From positions 15,487-79,486 of the forward strand of contig CAMBTO010000001.1 of NCBI GenBank assembly GCA_945870865.1: a stretch of 64,000 bases of DNA, given 5' to 3'. Below the pieces are notes generated by a model, which was given only the letters and a program-made list of their open reading frames with translations, was not told the DNA's origin and searched no databases. The position numbers and the translations under genes are program-made. Shown piece after piece: positions 1 to 10,600 of this stretch. The DNA comes from Klebsiella pneumoniae (lineage in GTDB: Bacteria; Pseudomonadota; Gammaproteobacteria; Eutrophobiales; Eutrophobiaceae). Position 1 is the first letter of the stretch. Every line of letters starts with the position of its first letter.

Positions 1-541
1 AGCGCAGCATGACTTCTGACCGTCCTTCGATCGAACGTTTCAGGCCCCGGGTCACCGGGAATCCGTGTTCGGCAAAGCGTATCGCCGGCGCCAGGGTTTC
101 AGCAAGCGGCAGACGTCCGTAGTTCAGTGCGATGTAGACCAGACCGGCAGGTATGCCGGGGATGCCACCGGCCAGCGGTCCATCAAGTGAGGCGCGCGGC
201 TTGACCGCATCGTTCTCGTCCAGATACATGCGTGCATGCGCGAATTCCGGTGCCTTTTCGCGTCCGTCGATCATGACCTGTTTACCATCACTCTCACGAT
301 GCAATAACCAGAAACCGCCGCCACCAAGGCCTGAGCCGGCGGGATCAACCACCGCAAGCGCGGCACTGACTGCGACCGCCGCATCAAAGGCATTACCACC
401 CTTGCCCAGGATTTCAATACCGGCCTCTGTTGCCAGTGGGTGGGCGGAGGCAACAGCGGCACTGGACGGCAGATCGGCTGCCAGCGTCAGCGCTGAAAAC
501 ACCAGCAGCAGTGGTGTACTGATCAGACGGGACAAACGCAT
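1..541 (-). CDS. ggt: gamma-glutamyltranspeptidase, N-terminal part; gene continues past window start
   Basis: The reverse-complement translation from the ATG at 541..539 reads MRLSRLISTPLLLVFSALTLA...HPLATEAGIEILGKGGNAFDAAVAVSAALAVVDPAGSGLGGGGFWLL. This has a signal peptide and the GGT N-terminal motifs. The ORF track misses it because it runs off the window edge. Confidence 0.8.
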   Translation of the reverse strand, partial: MRLSRLISTPLLLVFSALTLAADLPSSAAVASAHPLATEAGIEILGKGGNAFDAAVAVSAALAVVDPAGSGLGGGGFWLLHRESDGKQVMIDGREKAPEFAHARMYLDENDAVKPRASLDGPLAGGIPGIPAGLVYIALNYGRLPLAETLAPAIRFAEHGFPVTRGLKRSIEGRSEVMLR

Positions 542-548
542 CACAAAA

Positions 549-821
<273 letters not shown>

Positions 822-1307
822 CTACATCACAACAAGCCGGTTATGCAAGGCTTCCATCACGTCCCGGTGTACAAACTTGCTGACATCACCTCCAAGCGAG
901 GCGACCTCTCGTACTAGACTGGAGGAGATATAACTCAGATGTTCCGACGGCATCAGGAACACAGTCTCGGTCTCGGCATTTAACTGGCGGTTCATACCAG
1001 TCATCTGGAACTCATATTCAAAATCGGAAACAGCGCGCAGACCGCGGATGATTACCCTGGCCTCGCGTTTGCGCGCGAACGCGGTAACAAGACCACTAAA
1101 ACTGCATACCTCGACATTTTCCATTTTGCCAATGACGTTTTTGGCCATGGCCACACGCTCGTCTACCGTGAACACCGGTTTCTTGCTGGTGTTTTCCGCG
1201 ACGGCAATGATCACCCGATCAAACAGCCGGGTCGCACGCGAAACCAGATCCGTGTGACCATTCGTTATCGGGTCAAATGTTCCTGGGTAAATTGCCGTAA
1301 TGTTCAT
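822..1307 (-). CDS. coaD: phosphopantetheine adenylyltransferase
   Basis: [22 protein letters not shown] is the canonical CoaD N-terminus. The product is 161 aa. Confidence 0.95.
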   Translation of the reverse strand: MNITAIYPGTFDPITNGHTDLVSRATRLFDRVIIAVAENTSKKPVFTVDERVAMAKNVIGKMENVEVCSFSGLVTAFARKREARVIIRGLRAVSDFEYEFQMTGMNRQLNAETETVFLMPSEHLSYISSSLVREVASLGGDVSKFVHRDVMEALHNRLVVM

Positions 1308-1864
1308 TATGTGTGTCTCTCAATACACTTATACAACCTGAATTGAACGAAACCGGCCTTGCCGGACTTTAACAACTGCAAGCGAACATCCTCGTAACTA
1401 AAATCCTGATCCGCTTCCACATACAACAGTGTCCCGGCATGCAGGCCGCCACAGTTTAACAACTGCCCGATAATCTGTCCCCACTGGTTTCTGGAAAAAG
1501 GCGGATCCAGGAAGATGATGTCGAAACGGCGGGTGCAGGATGATAACCACTGCATCGTATCGGTACAGTGGATTTCGGCCCCGTTAGCGGCCAGTTTCTC
1601 CGCCTGGGTTCTCAGGTTTTTTACCACGGCGGCATTGTTATCGACCATCACTACCGTGGCGGCACCACGCGACAGCGCCTCAAAGCCGAGGATACCGCTG
1701 CCTGCATACAGATCCAGGCACTGTGCACCCTCTATATAAGGTTGTAACCAGTTAAACAGGGTCTCCCGGACCCGATCCGGTGTGGGCCGCAGGTCAACCG
1801 CATCGAGTACATCCAGCTTTCTGCTCCGCCAGGTACCACCAATAATCCTGATCCTGCCCGGCAT
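1307..1864 (-). CDS. rsmD: 16S rRNA (guanine966-N2)-methyltransferase
   Basis: The product has the RsmD fold motifs LDLYAGSG and DPPF, and the gene is coupled to coaD as in many Proteobacteria. Confidence 0.9.
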   Translation of the reverse strand: MPGRIRIIGGTWRSRKLDVLDAVDLRPTPDRVRETLFNWLQPYIEGAQCLDLYAGSGILGFEALSRGAATVVMVDNNAAVVKNLRTQAEKLAANGAEIHCTDTMQWLSSCTRRFDIIFLDPPFSRNQWGQIIGQLLNCGGLHAGTLLYVEADQDFSYEDVRLQLLKSGKAGFVQFRLYKCIERHT

Positions 1865-1876
1865 ACACCTGTGATT

Positions 1877-3199
1877 TCAGTTCGCGGGGGGAGCAGCAGG
1901 CTGGTCCACCGGGCCTACCAGCACGGTGACAAACTTGTCAGGGTCGACACGACGCTGGAAGGCGTCGCGGATCTCTGCCACTGTCACCGCCTCGATACGC
2001 TCGTTAAACCGGTCAAGATAGTCGAGTGGTAAACCATAAAATCCGATAACGCTGAGATAGCCGGAAATCTTCTTGTTGCTATCGATACGCAACGGGAAAC
2101 CGCCGGTGATATTCTTCTTCACCGCAACCAACTCGTCTTCGGTCGGGCCCTGCTCGATAAAATCCGCGATCGTCTTTTTCAGCACATAGAGTCCCTCAGC
2201 GGCCTGGTCACCACGCGTCGAAATACTGGCCATAAACGGTCCGGCATCACGGCGCGGTGCGAAATAGCTGCTGGCGCCGTAAGACAGCCCGCGTTTTTCG
2301 CGTACTTCCTGAAACAGGCGTGAAACCAGACCACCACCACCGAGAATATGGTTGCCCACATACAGGGCAAAATAGTCGGGGTCACCATAACGCATACCGG
2401 TCTGGCCGGTCACAATATGTACCTGTGATGACGGATGGGGCAGGCTGATGGTGGTACCGGCGGACAGGACGACGACCGGTGCGGCCGGGCCAGGATCGGT
2501 ACCCTCGGGCAGGTCACGGGTAATCGCTTGTGCGATTGCCTCTGCCCCCGCACGGTCGATGTCACCGACGATGGTGATCATCGCATTGCTCACGGTATAA
2601 AAAGCCTTGTGGAAGCTGACGAGGTCCTCACGCGTGATCGCCTCCAGTGATGTCGCATCACCTTCGGTCGGATAACCATACGGATGGCCCTGATATATCG
2701 CCTCCATGAATTTTTCATCGGCGATATCGCCGGGTGACTGTTGCTTGCCCTGGATGCCCACCAGCAACTGCTTACGTTGCCGATCGAGATCTTCGGTCTG
2801 ATAATCCGGGCGGGAGAGCACTGTCTGCAGGTTGTCGAGTGCGGGTTGCAGTTTTGCCGGGTCCGCAAGACTGCGCAGGGAAACCGAGGCAGAGTCATAA
2901 CCGGACTGCGAACCAAATTCGGCACCCAGACGTTCAAACTCGAAACTGATACGGTCTGCATCCAGGCCGCCGGCTGACTGATCCATCAGACTGTTTGCCA
3001 GCAGCGCTACACCGCGCTTGCCTTCGGGATCACGCACGGTGCCGGCATCAAATACTACCTGGATATCCAGCATCGGCAATTGACTGGTCCCGACAAAGTA
3101 CACCCTGACGCCGCGCGGTGTCTCCCAGGTCTGGATTTGCGGGGCAGCAAATGTATTTACCGATACCAGCAATAAAAGTAACATTAGTTTATTCAGCAT
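1877..3199 (-). CDS. M16 family peptidase, non-catalytic partner subunit (no HxxEH)
   Basis: The product is a secreted protein with the signal MLNKLMLLLLLVSVNTFAAP and M16 domain architecture. It lacks the zinc-binding HxxEH motif. The probable start is the internal Met at 3199. Confidence 0.75.
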   Translation of the reverse strand: MLNKLMLLLLLVSVNTFAAPQIQTWETPRGVRVYFVGTSQLPMLDIQVVFDAGTVRDPEGKRGVALLANSLMDQSAGGLDADRISFEFERLGAEFGSQSGYDSASVSLRSLADPAKLQPALDNLQTVLSRPDYQTEDLDRQRKQLLVGIQGKQQSPGDIADEKFMEAIYQGHPYGYPTEGDATSLEAITREDLVSFHKAFYTVSNAMITIVGDIDRAGAEAIAQAITRDLPEGTDPGPAAPVVVLSAGTTISLPHPSSQVHIVTGQTGMRYGDPDYFALYVGNHILGGGGLVSRLFQEVREKRGLSYGASSYFAPRRDAGPFMASISTRGDQAAEGLYVLKKTIADFIEQGPTEDELVAVKKNITGGFPLRIDSNKKISGYLSVIGFYGLPLDYLDRFNERIEAVTVAEIRDAFQRRVDPDKFVTVLVGPVDQPAAPPAN

Positions 3200-4688
3200 G
3201 TTGTTCTCCTTGTGCGTTGGCACCCGCCTCCGCTGCCTGGATGGGCTCCAGCACGCCGACTGTGGAACGGTCATCAATCAGGTATTTTTTTGCTACCGTC
3301 TGGATCTGGGCCGCTGTGATCTGCGCGATTCGATCCACATATTCATCTGCCATCTTCCAGCCCAGCCCCACGGTCTCGAATGTACCGAGGATCATTCCCT
3401 GGTAAAACGCCGAATCACGTTCATACACGTTGCCTGACACCACCTGGGCCTTGACCCGTTGCAGTTCTTCTGCTGTCACCTCTTCCTGCTGCAGTTGTCG
3501 AACCTGTTCACTGATAGCCGCCTCAAGCTCGTCAATGGTCCTGCCTTGTGCAGGTGTGGCACTGATGGTAAACATGCCGTCGAGCCTGCCGGTTAACTGG
3601 TAACCACTACCGGCGCCAGCGGCGACCTGCTGACCTCGCACCAATCTCGATTCAAACCGGGCGCTGCTGCCTCCGCTGAGTATGCCTGACAACACTTCAA
3701 GTGCGTACGGCTCCCAGACCTCGACCTGCGGGCTCTCGCCGGTGGCGGAGATCAAGCCGGGAACCTTGTATCCCAGATACAGCTGGGCAAGTTCTGCCGG
3801 ACGTTTGACGACCACACGTTTCTGCCCCTGCTGCTCGACCTCAGGCCGGTGTGCCGGCGGAATGATGTTTTCCTGTTTCAAACGACCAAAATATTTCTTT
3901 GCCAGTTGATGGACTTCTTCGGCATTAACATCACCGACCACCACTACAGTTGCATTGTTCGGTGCATACCACAGTTGATACCAGTCACGCAGCTGTGCTG
4001 CCTGCATACCCTTCAGGTCTGCCATCCAGCCAATGACCGGAGCACGGTACGGGCTGGTCTGGAATGCGGTTGCCATCATCACTTCACGCAAATAGGAATT
4101 CGGATCATCCTCGGTACGCAGGCGGCGCTCTTCCATTACCACCTCAATTTCCTTCCTGAAAGCCTCTTCCGGCAATGTCAGGTTACGCATGCGATCCGCC
4201 TCCAGCTCGAAGCTGATCGGCAGACGCGACTTTTCCATCGTCTGGAAGTAGGCGGTGTAATCATCGCCAGTGAAGGCATTTTCATTACCACCATTTTCCG
4301 CGATGATGCGGGAGAACTCGCCTTCGCCATGTTTTTTAGTGCCCTTGAACATCATGTGCTCAAGCGCATGGGAAATTCCGGTCAGACCGTCATGTTCGTA
4401 GCTGGCGCCCACCTTGTACCAGACCTGTGACACCACGACCGGCGCCCGATGATCCTCCTTGACCAGCAGTTTCAGCCCGTTTTTCAACATATATTCATGC
4501 ACCTGACTCTCCTGTGCCCCGGCAAGCGTCGTGCACAGTGACAGGATTACCACCAGAATCGTCTTTACCACGCGTTCATCTCCCGAAGTATTTACCCGTA
4601 TGACAGACTGATTTGACTGACATTTAACCAGTCTGTTCATTTTAGCAGCAAATGTGTTGGTAATGATATGTGTCATACTGGCGACCAT
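3189..4688 (-). CDS. M16 family zinc peptidase (pitrilysin/PqqL-like), catalytic subunit
   Basis: The inverted zinc motif HALEH is present (GISHALEHMMFKGTKKHGEGEF). The product has a signal peptide. The true start is probably the Met at about 4640. Confidence 0.8.
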   Translation of the reverse strand: MVASMTHIITNTFAAKMNRLVKCQSNQSVIRVNTSGDERVVKTILVVILSLCTTLAGAQESQVHEYMLKNGLKLLVKEDHRAPVVVSQVWYKVGASYEHDGLTGISHALEHMMFKGTKKHGEGEFSRIIAENGGNENAFTGDDYTAYFQTMEKSRLPISFELEADRMRNLTLPEEAFRKEIEVVMEERRLRTEDDPNSYLREVMMATAFQTSPYRAPVIGWMADLKGMQAAQLRDWYQLWYAPNNATVVVVGDVNAEEVHQLAKKYFGRLKQENIIPPAHRPEVEQQGQKRVVVKRPAELAQLYLGYKVPGLISATGESPQVEVWEPYALEVLSGILSGGSSARFESRLVRGQQVAAGAGSGYQLTGRLDGMFTISATPAQGRTIDELEAAISEQVRQLQQEEVTAEELQRVKAQVVSGNVYERDSAFYQGMILGTFETVGLGWKMADEYVDRIAQITAAQIQTVAKKYLIDDRSTVGVLEPIQAAEAGANAQGEQHAE

Positions 4689-4768
4689 GTCCTGTATTCA
4701 TCTAGCGATGCTTGGGTTAAAATCGCCGCATTTCTTCCAACACGCATATTGAACAAAACAGACAACTG

Positions 4769-5599
4769 ATGAAAACTCTGAAAAAAACCCGAACACAAAA
4801 AAACAATGATGGTTCCCAGGCAGCAAAGGCGGACATCCACCAGCTGTATGAGGACTCGGTTCAGTGCGTCGAGGCGGAGATCGATTTCGTTGACCAGACC
4901 TATAAAAAACTGCGCGGCAGAACCGCCCACACATTACGTGAGGACTTTTGCGGGACGATGAATACTTCCTGTGAGTGGATACGTCGACGCAAGGACAATC
5001 AGGCCTGGTGTGTGGATCTTGACCGCAAGGTGCTGGCCTGGGGCAAGGCCCATAAAATCTCGCAACTGGAACGCCCGCAACAGGACCGAATAACCATCAT
5101 CCGCGAAGATGTACTAACCGTGAATACACCGCCGGTCGATATCGTGCTGGCGATGAATTTCAGTTACTGGATATTCAAGGCCCGGGAGACGATGGTCGCC
5201 TATTTTCGCCATGTCCATGCCAGCCTGGCAGACAAGGGGGTATTTTTTCTCGACAGTTTCGGTGGCCATGAGTCCTACAAGGAAATGCTGGAAACAACAC
5301 ATTTCAAGGGTTTCACCTATGTCTGGGACCAGAACAAATACAACCCGATTACCGGCGATGCCACGTTTCATATCCACTACCGATTTCCTGACGGATCGGC
5401 GATAGACAAGGCCTTCAGTTATCAGTGGAGGATGTGGAGCCTGCCGGAACTTACCGAGTTGCTGACTGAGGCCGGTTTCCGGGCCGCAATCTACTGGGAA
5501 GGCACCGGCAAGGACGGCCATGGCAACGGTGTCTTCAGCAAGTCGACCCGCGGCGAGGCAGACGCCAGCTGGATAGCCTACATTGTTGCTGAAAAGTAG
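4769..5599 (+). CDS. class I SAM-dependent methyltransferase-like protein (uncertain)
   Basis: The segment REDFCGTMNTS resembles motif I, and VDIVLAMNFSYW resembles post-I and II motifs. No specific family was recognised. Confidence 0.45.
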   Translation: MKTLKKTRTQKNNDGSQAAKADIHQLYEDSVQCVEAEIDFVDQTYKKLRGRTAHTLREDFCGTMNTSCEWIRRRKDNQAWCVDLDRKVLAWGKAHKISQLERPQQDRITIIREDVLTVNTPPVDIVLAMNFSYWIFKARETMVAYFRHVHASLADKGVFFLDSFGGHESYKEMLETTHFKGFTYVWDQNKYNPITGDATFHIHYRFPDGSAIDKAFSYQWRMWSLPELTELLTEAGFRAAIYWEGTGKDGHGNGVFSKSTRGEADASWIAYIVAEK

Positions 5600-5609
5600 A
5601 CTTCAGGCC

Positions 5610-6134
5610 TCAGTCCAGATCCCGGGGACGGATCAGGTGTTGTAGATCCAGCGTGTTTTGTAGCGGTAAGGACGCACCATCTTCGCAGTCAAATATGGCC
5701 AGCGCCGCTGTGGTCATCAACTTGCCCGAGACTGTCCGTTCCGGCTCTATGTCGGCCAGATATCTCACCAGGGCGTCAAGGCCGGGATTATGGCCTATCA
5801 GTAACAGGCTGCGAGTGTTGGCCGCGTGTCTGGCGATAATGCGCAACAAGGTTTGCAGGCTGGCCTCGTATATCTGCTGCTCCGGGATAATCAAATCCGG
5901 GTTCAATTGCAGCTGTTCTGTTACCCTGAGCGCTGTGGTGTGGGTGCGCACAGCCGGAGAACAGATGATACGGTCCGGAAGGTACCGGTGTACACCCAGC
6001 CAGTGGGCGACCCGGGCGGCGTCATTATCACCGCGCTTCGTCAAGGTCCGCTCAAAGTCGGACGCGACACCGGAATGCCAGTCGGATTTTCCATGGCGCA
6101 TCAACATCAGGTGGTGTTTTTGATGAATTGTCAT
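5610..6134 (-). CDS. sixA: histidine phosphatase family protein (SixA-like phosphohistidine phosphatase)
   Basis: The product has the LMRHGKSDW (RHG) catalytic motif and TKRG, and is about 160 aa. Confidence 0.7.
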   Translation of the reverse strand: MTIHQKHHLMLMRHGKSDWHSGVASDFERTLTKRGDNDAARVAHWLGVHRYLPDRIICSPAVRTHTTALRVTEQLQLNPDLIIPEQQIYEASLQTLLRIIARHAANTRSLLLIGHNPGLDALVRYLADIEPERTVSGKLMTTAALAIFDCEDGASLPLQNTLDLQHLIRPRDLD

Positions 6135-6180
6135 AATAATTGTCTGCCATCCATGCTGTATATACCGGAACGGGTATTGT

Positions 6181-7686
6181 ATGCGTAAAGCCTCTGTAGC
6201 AAAAACATACGCTGCTGTTGATCTCGGATCAAACAGCTTTCACATGATCGTGGCCAGCTACAGCAACCGCCGTATCACAATTATCGACCGGATCAAGAAG
6301 ATGATCCAGCTCGCCGCGGGCCTGGATGAAGATGATAATCTGACCGAGTCGTCCATGTTACGCGCACTGGAGTGTCTGGAAGAATTCGGTCAGCGTATAC
6401 GCGAAATTCCGCGGGCCAATGTCCGCGTTGTAGGCACCAACACACTGCGCCAGGCCAACAATGGCAAACGCTTTACCACGCTGGCACAGAAGGCGCTCGG
6501 CCATCCAATTGAAATCATTGCCGGTCTGGAGGAGGCCCGCCTGATTTATTCAGGTGTGGCACATAGTGTATACGACGATACCAGTAACCGCATGGTAGTC
6601 GACATCGGCGGCGGCAGTACTGAAATTGTTATCGGCAAGGGTTTTGCTACCTACCGGCTGGAAAGCCATTACGTTGGTTGCGTTAATATGAGCCGACGCT
6701 TCTTCGCCTCCGGCCGTATCACGGCGCGGAATATGGAGCAGGCCATCATTGCTGTCCGCCACGAAATCGAGTCCAGCGAAGGCACTTTCAAGAAGATCGG
6801 CTGGCGCAAGGCAATTGGTTCGTCCGGCACGATCCTGACTATCAATGGCATCGTCCAGAACCGTGGGTGGTCTCGAAACGGGATTACCCGCTCAGCGCTG
6901 ATGAACCTGAAACACGAGGTCATCCGTGCAGGCCATCTCAGTCGATTGAACCTGCCCGGCCTGGCAGACAGCCGTACACCGGTTTTTACCGGTGGTCTCG
7001 CCATACTCTGTGGCATATTCGAGACCTTTGAACTGGAACGCATGGACGTCTCTGACGGTGCCTTGCGCGAAGGCCTGTTATATGACCTGATAGGCCGTTT
7101 GCATGACGAGGATGTCCGCGACAACACCATCGACGAGATGGCCAGACGCTATAATATTGATATGCAACAGGCCGGACGGGTCAGAACCACTGCGGTGCAG
7201 TTATTCCGCCAGGTTGCAGATGACTGGGGGCTGGATCGCAAATCGGACCTTAAATATCTCGAGTGGGCCGCCAGTATCCATGAGATCGGTCTGGCTGTTG
7301 CCCATGCCCAGCATCACCGTCACGGTGCCTATCTGATTGCAAACTCTGATATGGCCGGGTTTTCACGACAAGACCAGAACCGGCTGGCGATGCTGGTCCG
7401 ATGCCATCGTCGCAAATATCCGTTGGACGAGATTACCACCACAGGCAAGGAGGAACGCGAACAACTGATCCGCCTCAGCATACTGTTACGTCTTGCCGTT
7501 TTAGTGAATCGCAGCAGGTTGCGCGCCTCACCACCCAGATTGAAAATCAAGGTAACGGACAAAACCATCAGTATGGGCATCGCCCGCAAATGGCTGGAGA
7601 AAAACCCGTTGACACGTACAGACCTCGATTCCGAACAAGACTATTTCAGGTCAATCCACTACACACTTAAATATCGCGTCAGTTAA
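6181..7686 (+). CDS. ppx: exopolyphosphatase / guanosine pentaphosphate phosphohydrolase (Ppx/GppA family)
   Basis: AAVDLGSNSFHMIVA is the N-terminal actin-like ATPase motif. The product is 501 aa with a C-terminal HD-like region. Confidence 0.9.
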   Translation: MRKASVAKTYAAVDLGSNSFHMIVASYSNRRITIIDRIKKMIQLAAGLDEDDNLTESSMLRALECLEEFGQRIREIPRANVRVVGTNTLRQANNGKRFTTLAQKALGHPIEIIAGLEEARLIYSGVAHSVYDDTSNRMVVDIGGGSTEIVIGKGFATYRLESHYVGCVNMSRRFFASGRITARNMEQAIIAVRHEIESSEGTFKKIGWRKAIGSSGTILTINGIVQNRGWSRNGITRSALMNLKHEVIRAGHLSRLNLPGLADSRTPVFTGGLAILCGIFETFELERMDVSDGALREGLLYDLIGRLHDEDVRDNTIDEMARRYNIDMQQAGRVRTTAVQLFRQVADDWGLDRKSDLKYLEWAASIHEIGLAVAHAQHHRHGAYLIANSDMAGFSRQDQNRLAMLVRCHRRKYPLDEITTTGKEEREQLIRLSILLRLAVLVNRSRLRASPPRLKIKVTDKTISMGIARKWLEKNPLTRTDLDSEQDYFRSIHYTLKYRVS

Positions 7687-7706
7687 ACCTTGCGCGCGTG
7701 GGGAAA

Positions 7707-9776
7707 TTATTCGCAGAAATGGTCGAGTGCCGTTTGCTGGGCTGACCGGGGTTTACTGCTGCCCGGTTTCATTCGTTTGTAACTGCCGTCCGCTTGCATG
7801 ATCCACGACTGGGTATTGTCGACCAGATAGTTTTGCAAACCAAAGTTCAATATCTGGTCGCGCGGACGTTTCTCATCTATCGGGAAACAGGACTCAACCC
7901 GGTTATGCATATTTCTCGGCATCCAGTCAGCACTGGAACAGAACAACAACTCATCGCCACCATGATAAAAGTAGAACACACGCGTGTGTTCAAGGAAGCG
8001 ACCCACTATCGAGCGCACGTTAATATTGTCTGACAAACCCTTGATACCCGGTCGCAGGCAGCATATGCCCCGGATAATCAGTTCTATTTTCACACCTGCC
8101 TGCGAGGCACGATACAGCGCACGTATCAGATCCGGATCGACCAGCGCATTCATCTTGACGATGATCCTGGCCTCCTTGCCGTTTGTGGCACTCTTCGCTT
8201 CCTGGTCTATCAGTTCAAGCAGGCGCTTGAACAGGGTAAATGGGGACTGTAACAGTTTTTTCAGTTTGCCCGCCTTACCGAGCCCGGTCATTTGCAGAAA
8301 CAGGCGGTTTACATCAAGACCGATGTCCTGGTCACAGGTAAACAGGCCATAATCTGTATAGCTACGTGCGGTGCGCGAGTGATAGTTACCCGTACCCAGA
8401 TGGACATAACGCCGTAAATTGCGGCCTTCCCTGCGTACCACCATACACATCTTCGCATGGGTCTTGTAACCCACTACCCCGTAGACCACGTGGGCCCCCG
8501 CTTCCTGTAGCTCGTTCGCCATCTCAATATTGGCTTGCTCGTCAAAACGTGCGAGCAATTCAATTACTACCGTCACTTCCTTGCCGATACGGGCGGCGTC
8601 CTTCAGGGCCTCGACGATGGCCGAGTCTACGCCGGTACGATACAGTGTCTGCTTGATCGACAGGACATTCGGGTCGAGGGCGGCATGGCGTAGAAAATCC
8701 ACCACCGGGGCAAACGACTGGAACGGGTGATACAACAGGATGTCGCCATTACGCAGGGTATCAAATATATTATTGCTCTTCTGCAATCGCGGAGGGATGT
8801 CCGGGGTAAAACCTGGATAGACCAGATCAGGGCGATTACTCTGATCGATAATGGCGAGCAATCGATGCAGATTTACCGGACCGTGAACCTTGTACAGGTC
8901 TGTCTCGTCCAGTCCGAATTTTGCCAGCAGGAATGAACTAAGCTCTCCCGGGCAGTTGTCAGCAACTTCAAGACGGACCGCATCACTGAAACGTCGGGAT
9001 GGCAGTTCACCTTCAAGCGCACGCAACAGGTCATCAACCTCCTCGCTGTCTACAAACAGGTCACCATCGCGGGTAACCTTGAACTGATAACAACCTGTCG
9101 CCTTCATCCCGGGGAACAAGTCGCTGAGATGTGCGTGTATTATTGAAGACAACAGTACGAAATCGTTGGGGCCATTTGAATGTGATGAAGGCACAGGAAC
9201 AACCCTGGGTAATGATCGCGGCGCCTGCACGATTGCAAGATCTGTCTCCCGTCCGAACGCATCTTTTCCATTCAGCGAGATTATAAAATACAGGTTCTTG
9301 TTCAATACGCGCGGGAACGGATGTGATAGGTCAAGACCTATCGGACTCAAAATCGGCAAGACGTTACTGTTAAAATATTTTTTTACCCACCTTGCCACAC
9401 CCGGGGACCAGAAGCTGCGCCGGAGTACGCGTATTTTTTCCCTCGCAAGTGCCGGGGTAATTATCTCATTCAGTACCCGGTATTGCTCTTCCACCAGCGT
9501 GTGTGCTGTCTGGCTGATCCGTGTCATGATCTCCAGCGGGGACAGGTTATCCGGGCCTGCCTGCACTGAACCATATTTGATCTGCTGTTTTATCCCGGAG
9601 ACCCGAATCTCGAAAAACTCGTCGAGGTTGGTGCTGGCTATACACAGAAACCGCAGTCTTTCCAGCAAGGGTACTGATTCATCACTGGCCTGGGCTATCA
9701 CACGACGGTTGAACTCCAGCAGGCTGAGTTCACGATTAATATACAACTCGGGGTTGTTCAGGTTCGACTTGTCCAT
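7707..9776 (-). CDS. ppk: polyphosphate kinase 1
   Basis: The 689-aa product begins with the PPK1 N-terminus ELSLLEFNRRVIAQA and carries PLD-like HxK motifs. Confidence 0.95.
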   Translation of the reverse strand: MDKSNLNNPELYINRELSLLEFNRRVIAQASDESVPLLERLRFLCIASTNLDEFFEIRVSGIKQQIKYGSVQAGPDNLSPLEIMTRISQTAHTLVEEQYRVLNEIITPALAREKIRVLRRSFWSPGVARWVKKYFNSNVLPILSPIGLDLSHPFPRVLNKNLYFIISLNGKDAFGRETDLAIVQAPRSLPRVVPVPSSHSNGPNDFVLLSSIIHAHLSDLFPGMKATGCYQFKVTRDGDLFVDSEEVDDLLRALEGELPSRRFSDAVRLEVADNCPGELSSFLLAKFGLDETDLYKVHGPVNLHRLLAIIDQSNRPDLVYPGFTPDIPPRLQKSNNIFDTLRNGDILLYHPFQSFAPVVDFLRHAALDPNVLSIKQTLYRTGVDSAIVEALKDAARIGKEVTVVIELLARFDEQANIEMANELQEAGAHVVYGVVGYKTHAKMCMVVRREGRNLRRYVHLGTGNYHSRTARSYTDYGLFTCDQDIGLDVNRLFLQMTGLGKAGKLKKLLQSPFTLFKRLLELIDQEAKSATNGKEARIIVKMNALVDPDLIRALYRASQAGVKIELIIRGICCLRPGIKGLSDNINVRSIVGRFLEHTRVFYFYHGGDELLFCSSADWMPRNMHNRVESCFPIDEKRPRDQILNFGLQNYLVDNTQSWIMQADGSYKRMKPGSSKPRSAQQTALDHFCE

Positions 9777-9872
9777 GAGTGATTGTCTGGCAATCGATTA
9801 TTTATAATATTCCATGTCCGCTTATTATATAGCCGCAGACCGGAACGGATACGATATTACTGACGAATGCCA

Positions 9873-10580
9873 TCAGGAGTTAACTTCCTTCTCCATCTCT
9901 TCAATACTGATATGGCGGACGTCCTTGCCCTCAACGAAATAAATGACATATTCACAGATATTTCGCGCATGATCACCGATACGCTCCATCGCGCGCGAGC
10001 TCCAGACAACGTCCATCGAGCTGGTAATGTTGCGCGGGTCTTCCATCATGTAGGTTATAAGTTGTCTGAGAATGGCAACGTACTGATCATCTGATTCCGG
10101 CTCCTTGCTCGCAACCCTCAATGCTGCCCTGGAATCCATCCGTGCGAAGGCATCCAGTGAATCGTGAACCATATGACTGACCAGCGTACCCATCGCCTTC
10201 AGGCCGATATAGTAGGCCTTCGGTGCCTGTTTATCACTCAACTCAATTGCCATTTTGGCAATTTTTTCTGCCTCATCACCAATACGCTCCAGATCGGTAA
10301 TTGTCTTGATAATCGCCGTGATCAGGCGCAGGTCTACCGCCGCTGGCTGGCGCTTGGCGAGGATACGGGTACATTCTTCATCTATGGCAACTTCATAACG
10401 GTTCACGTTATATTCCGATTTGATCACACTTTCAGCCACTTCGTTATCAGATTCAATCAGCGCGGTGATTGAGTTGTTCAGCTGTTGTTCAACCAGACCG
10501 CCCATCGCCAGAACCTGGCTGCGGATATTTTCAAGCTCATTGCCGTACTGTTTGGATATGTGCTGATTGATACTGGTCAT
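9873..10580 (-). CDS. phoU: phosphate signalling complex protein PhoU
   Basis: The 235-aa product is a two-repeat PhoU domain protein, located downstream of pstB. Confidence 0.95.
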   Translation of the reverse strand: MTSINQHISKQYGNELENIRSQVLAMGGLVEQQLNNSITALIESDNEVAESVIKSEYNVNRYEVAIDEECTRILAKRQPAAVDLRLITAIIKTITDLERIGDEAEKIAKMAIELSDKQAPKAYYIGLKAMGTLVSHMVHDSLDAFARMDSRAALRVASKEPESDDQYVAILRQLITYMMEDPRNITSSMDVVWSSRAMERIGDHARNICEYVIYFVEGKDVRHISIEEMEKEVNS

Positions 10581-10600
10581 GTTATGTCTCCGCCGTGAGG

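Noticed and set aside
9777-9872. A possible Pho box upstream of ppk (TTCGTCAGTAATATCGTATCC on the minus strand)
   Set aside because: Only one half-site resembles the consensus. It is more likely that ppk is read through from phoU.
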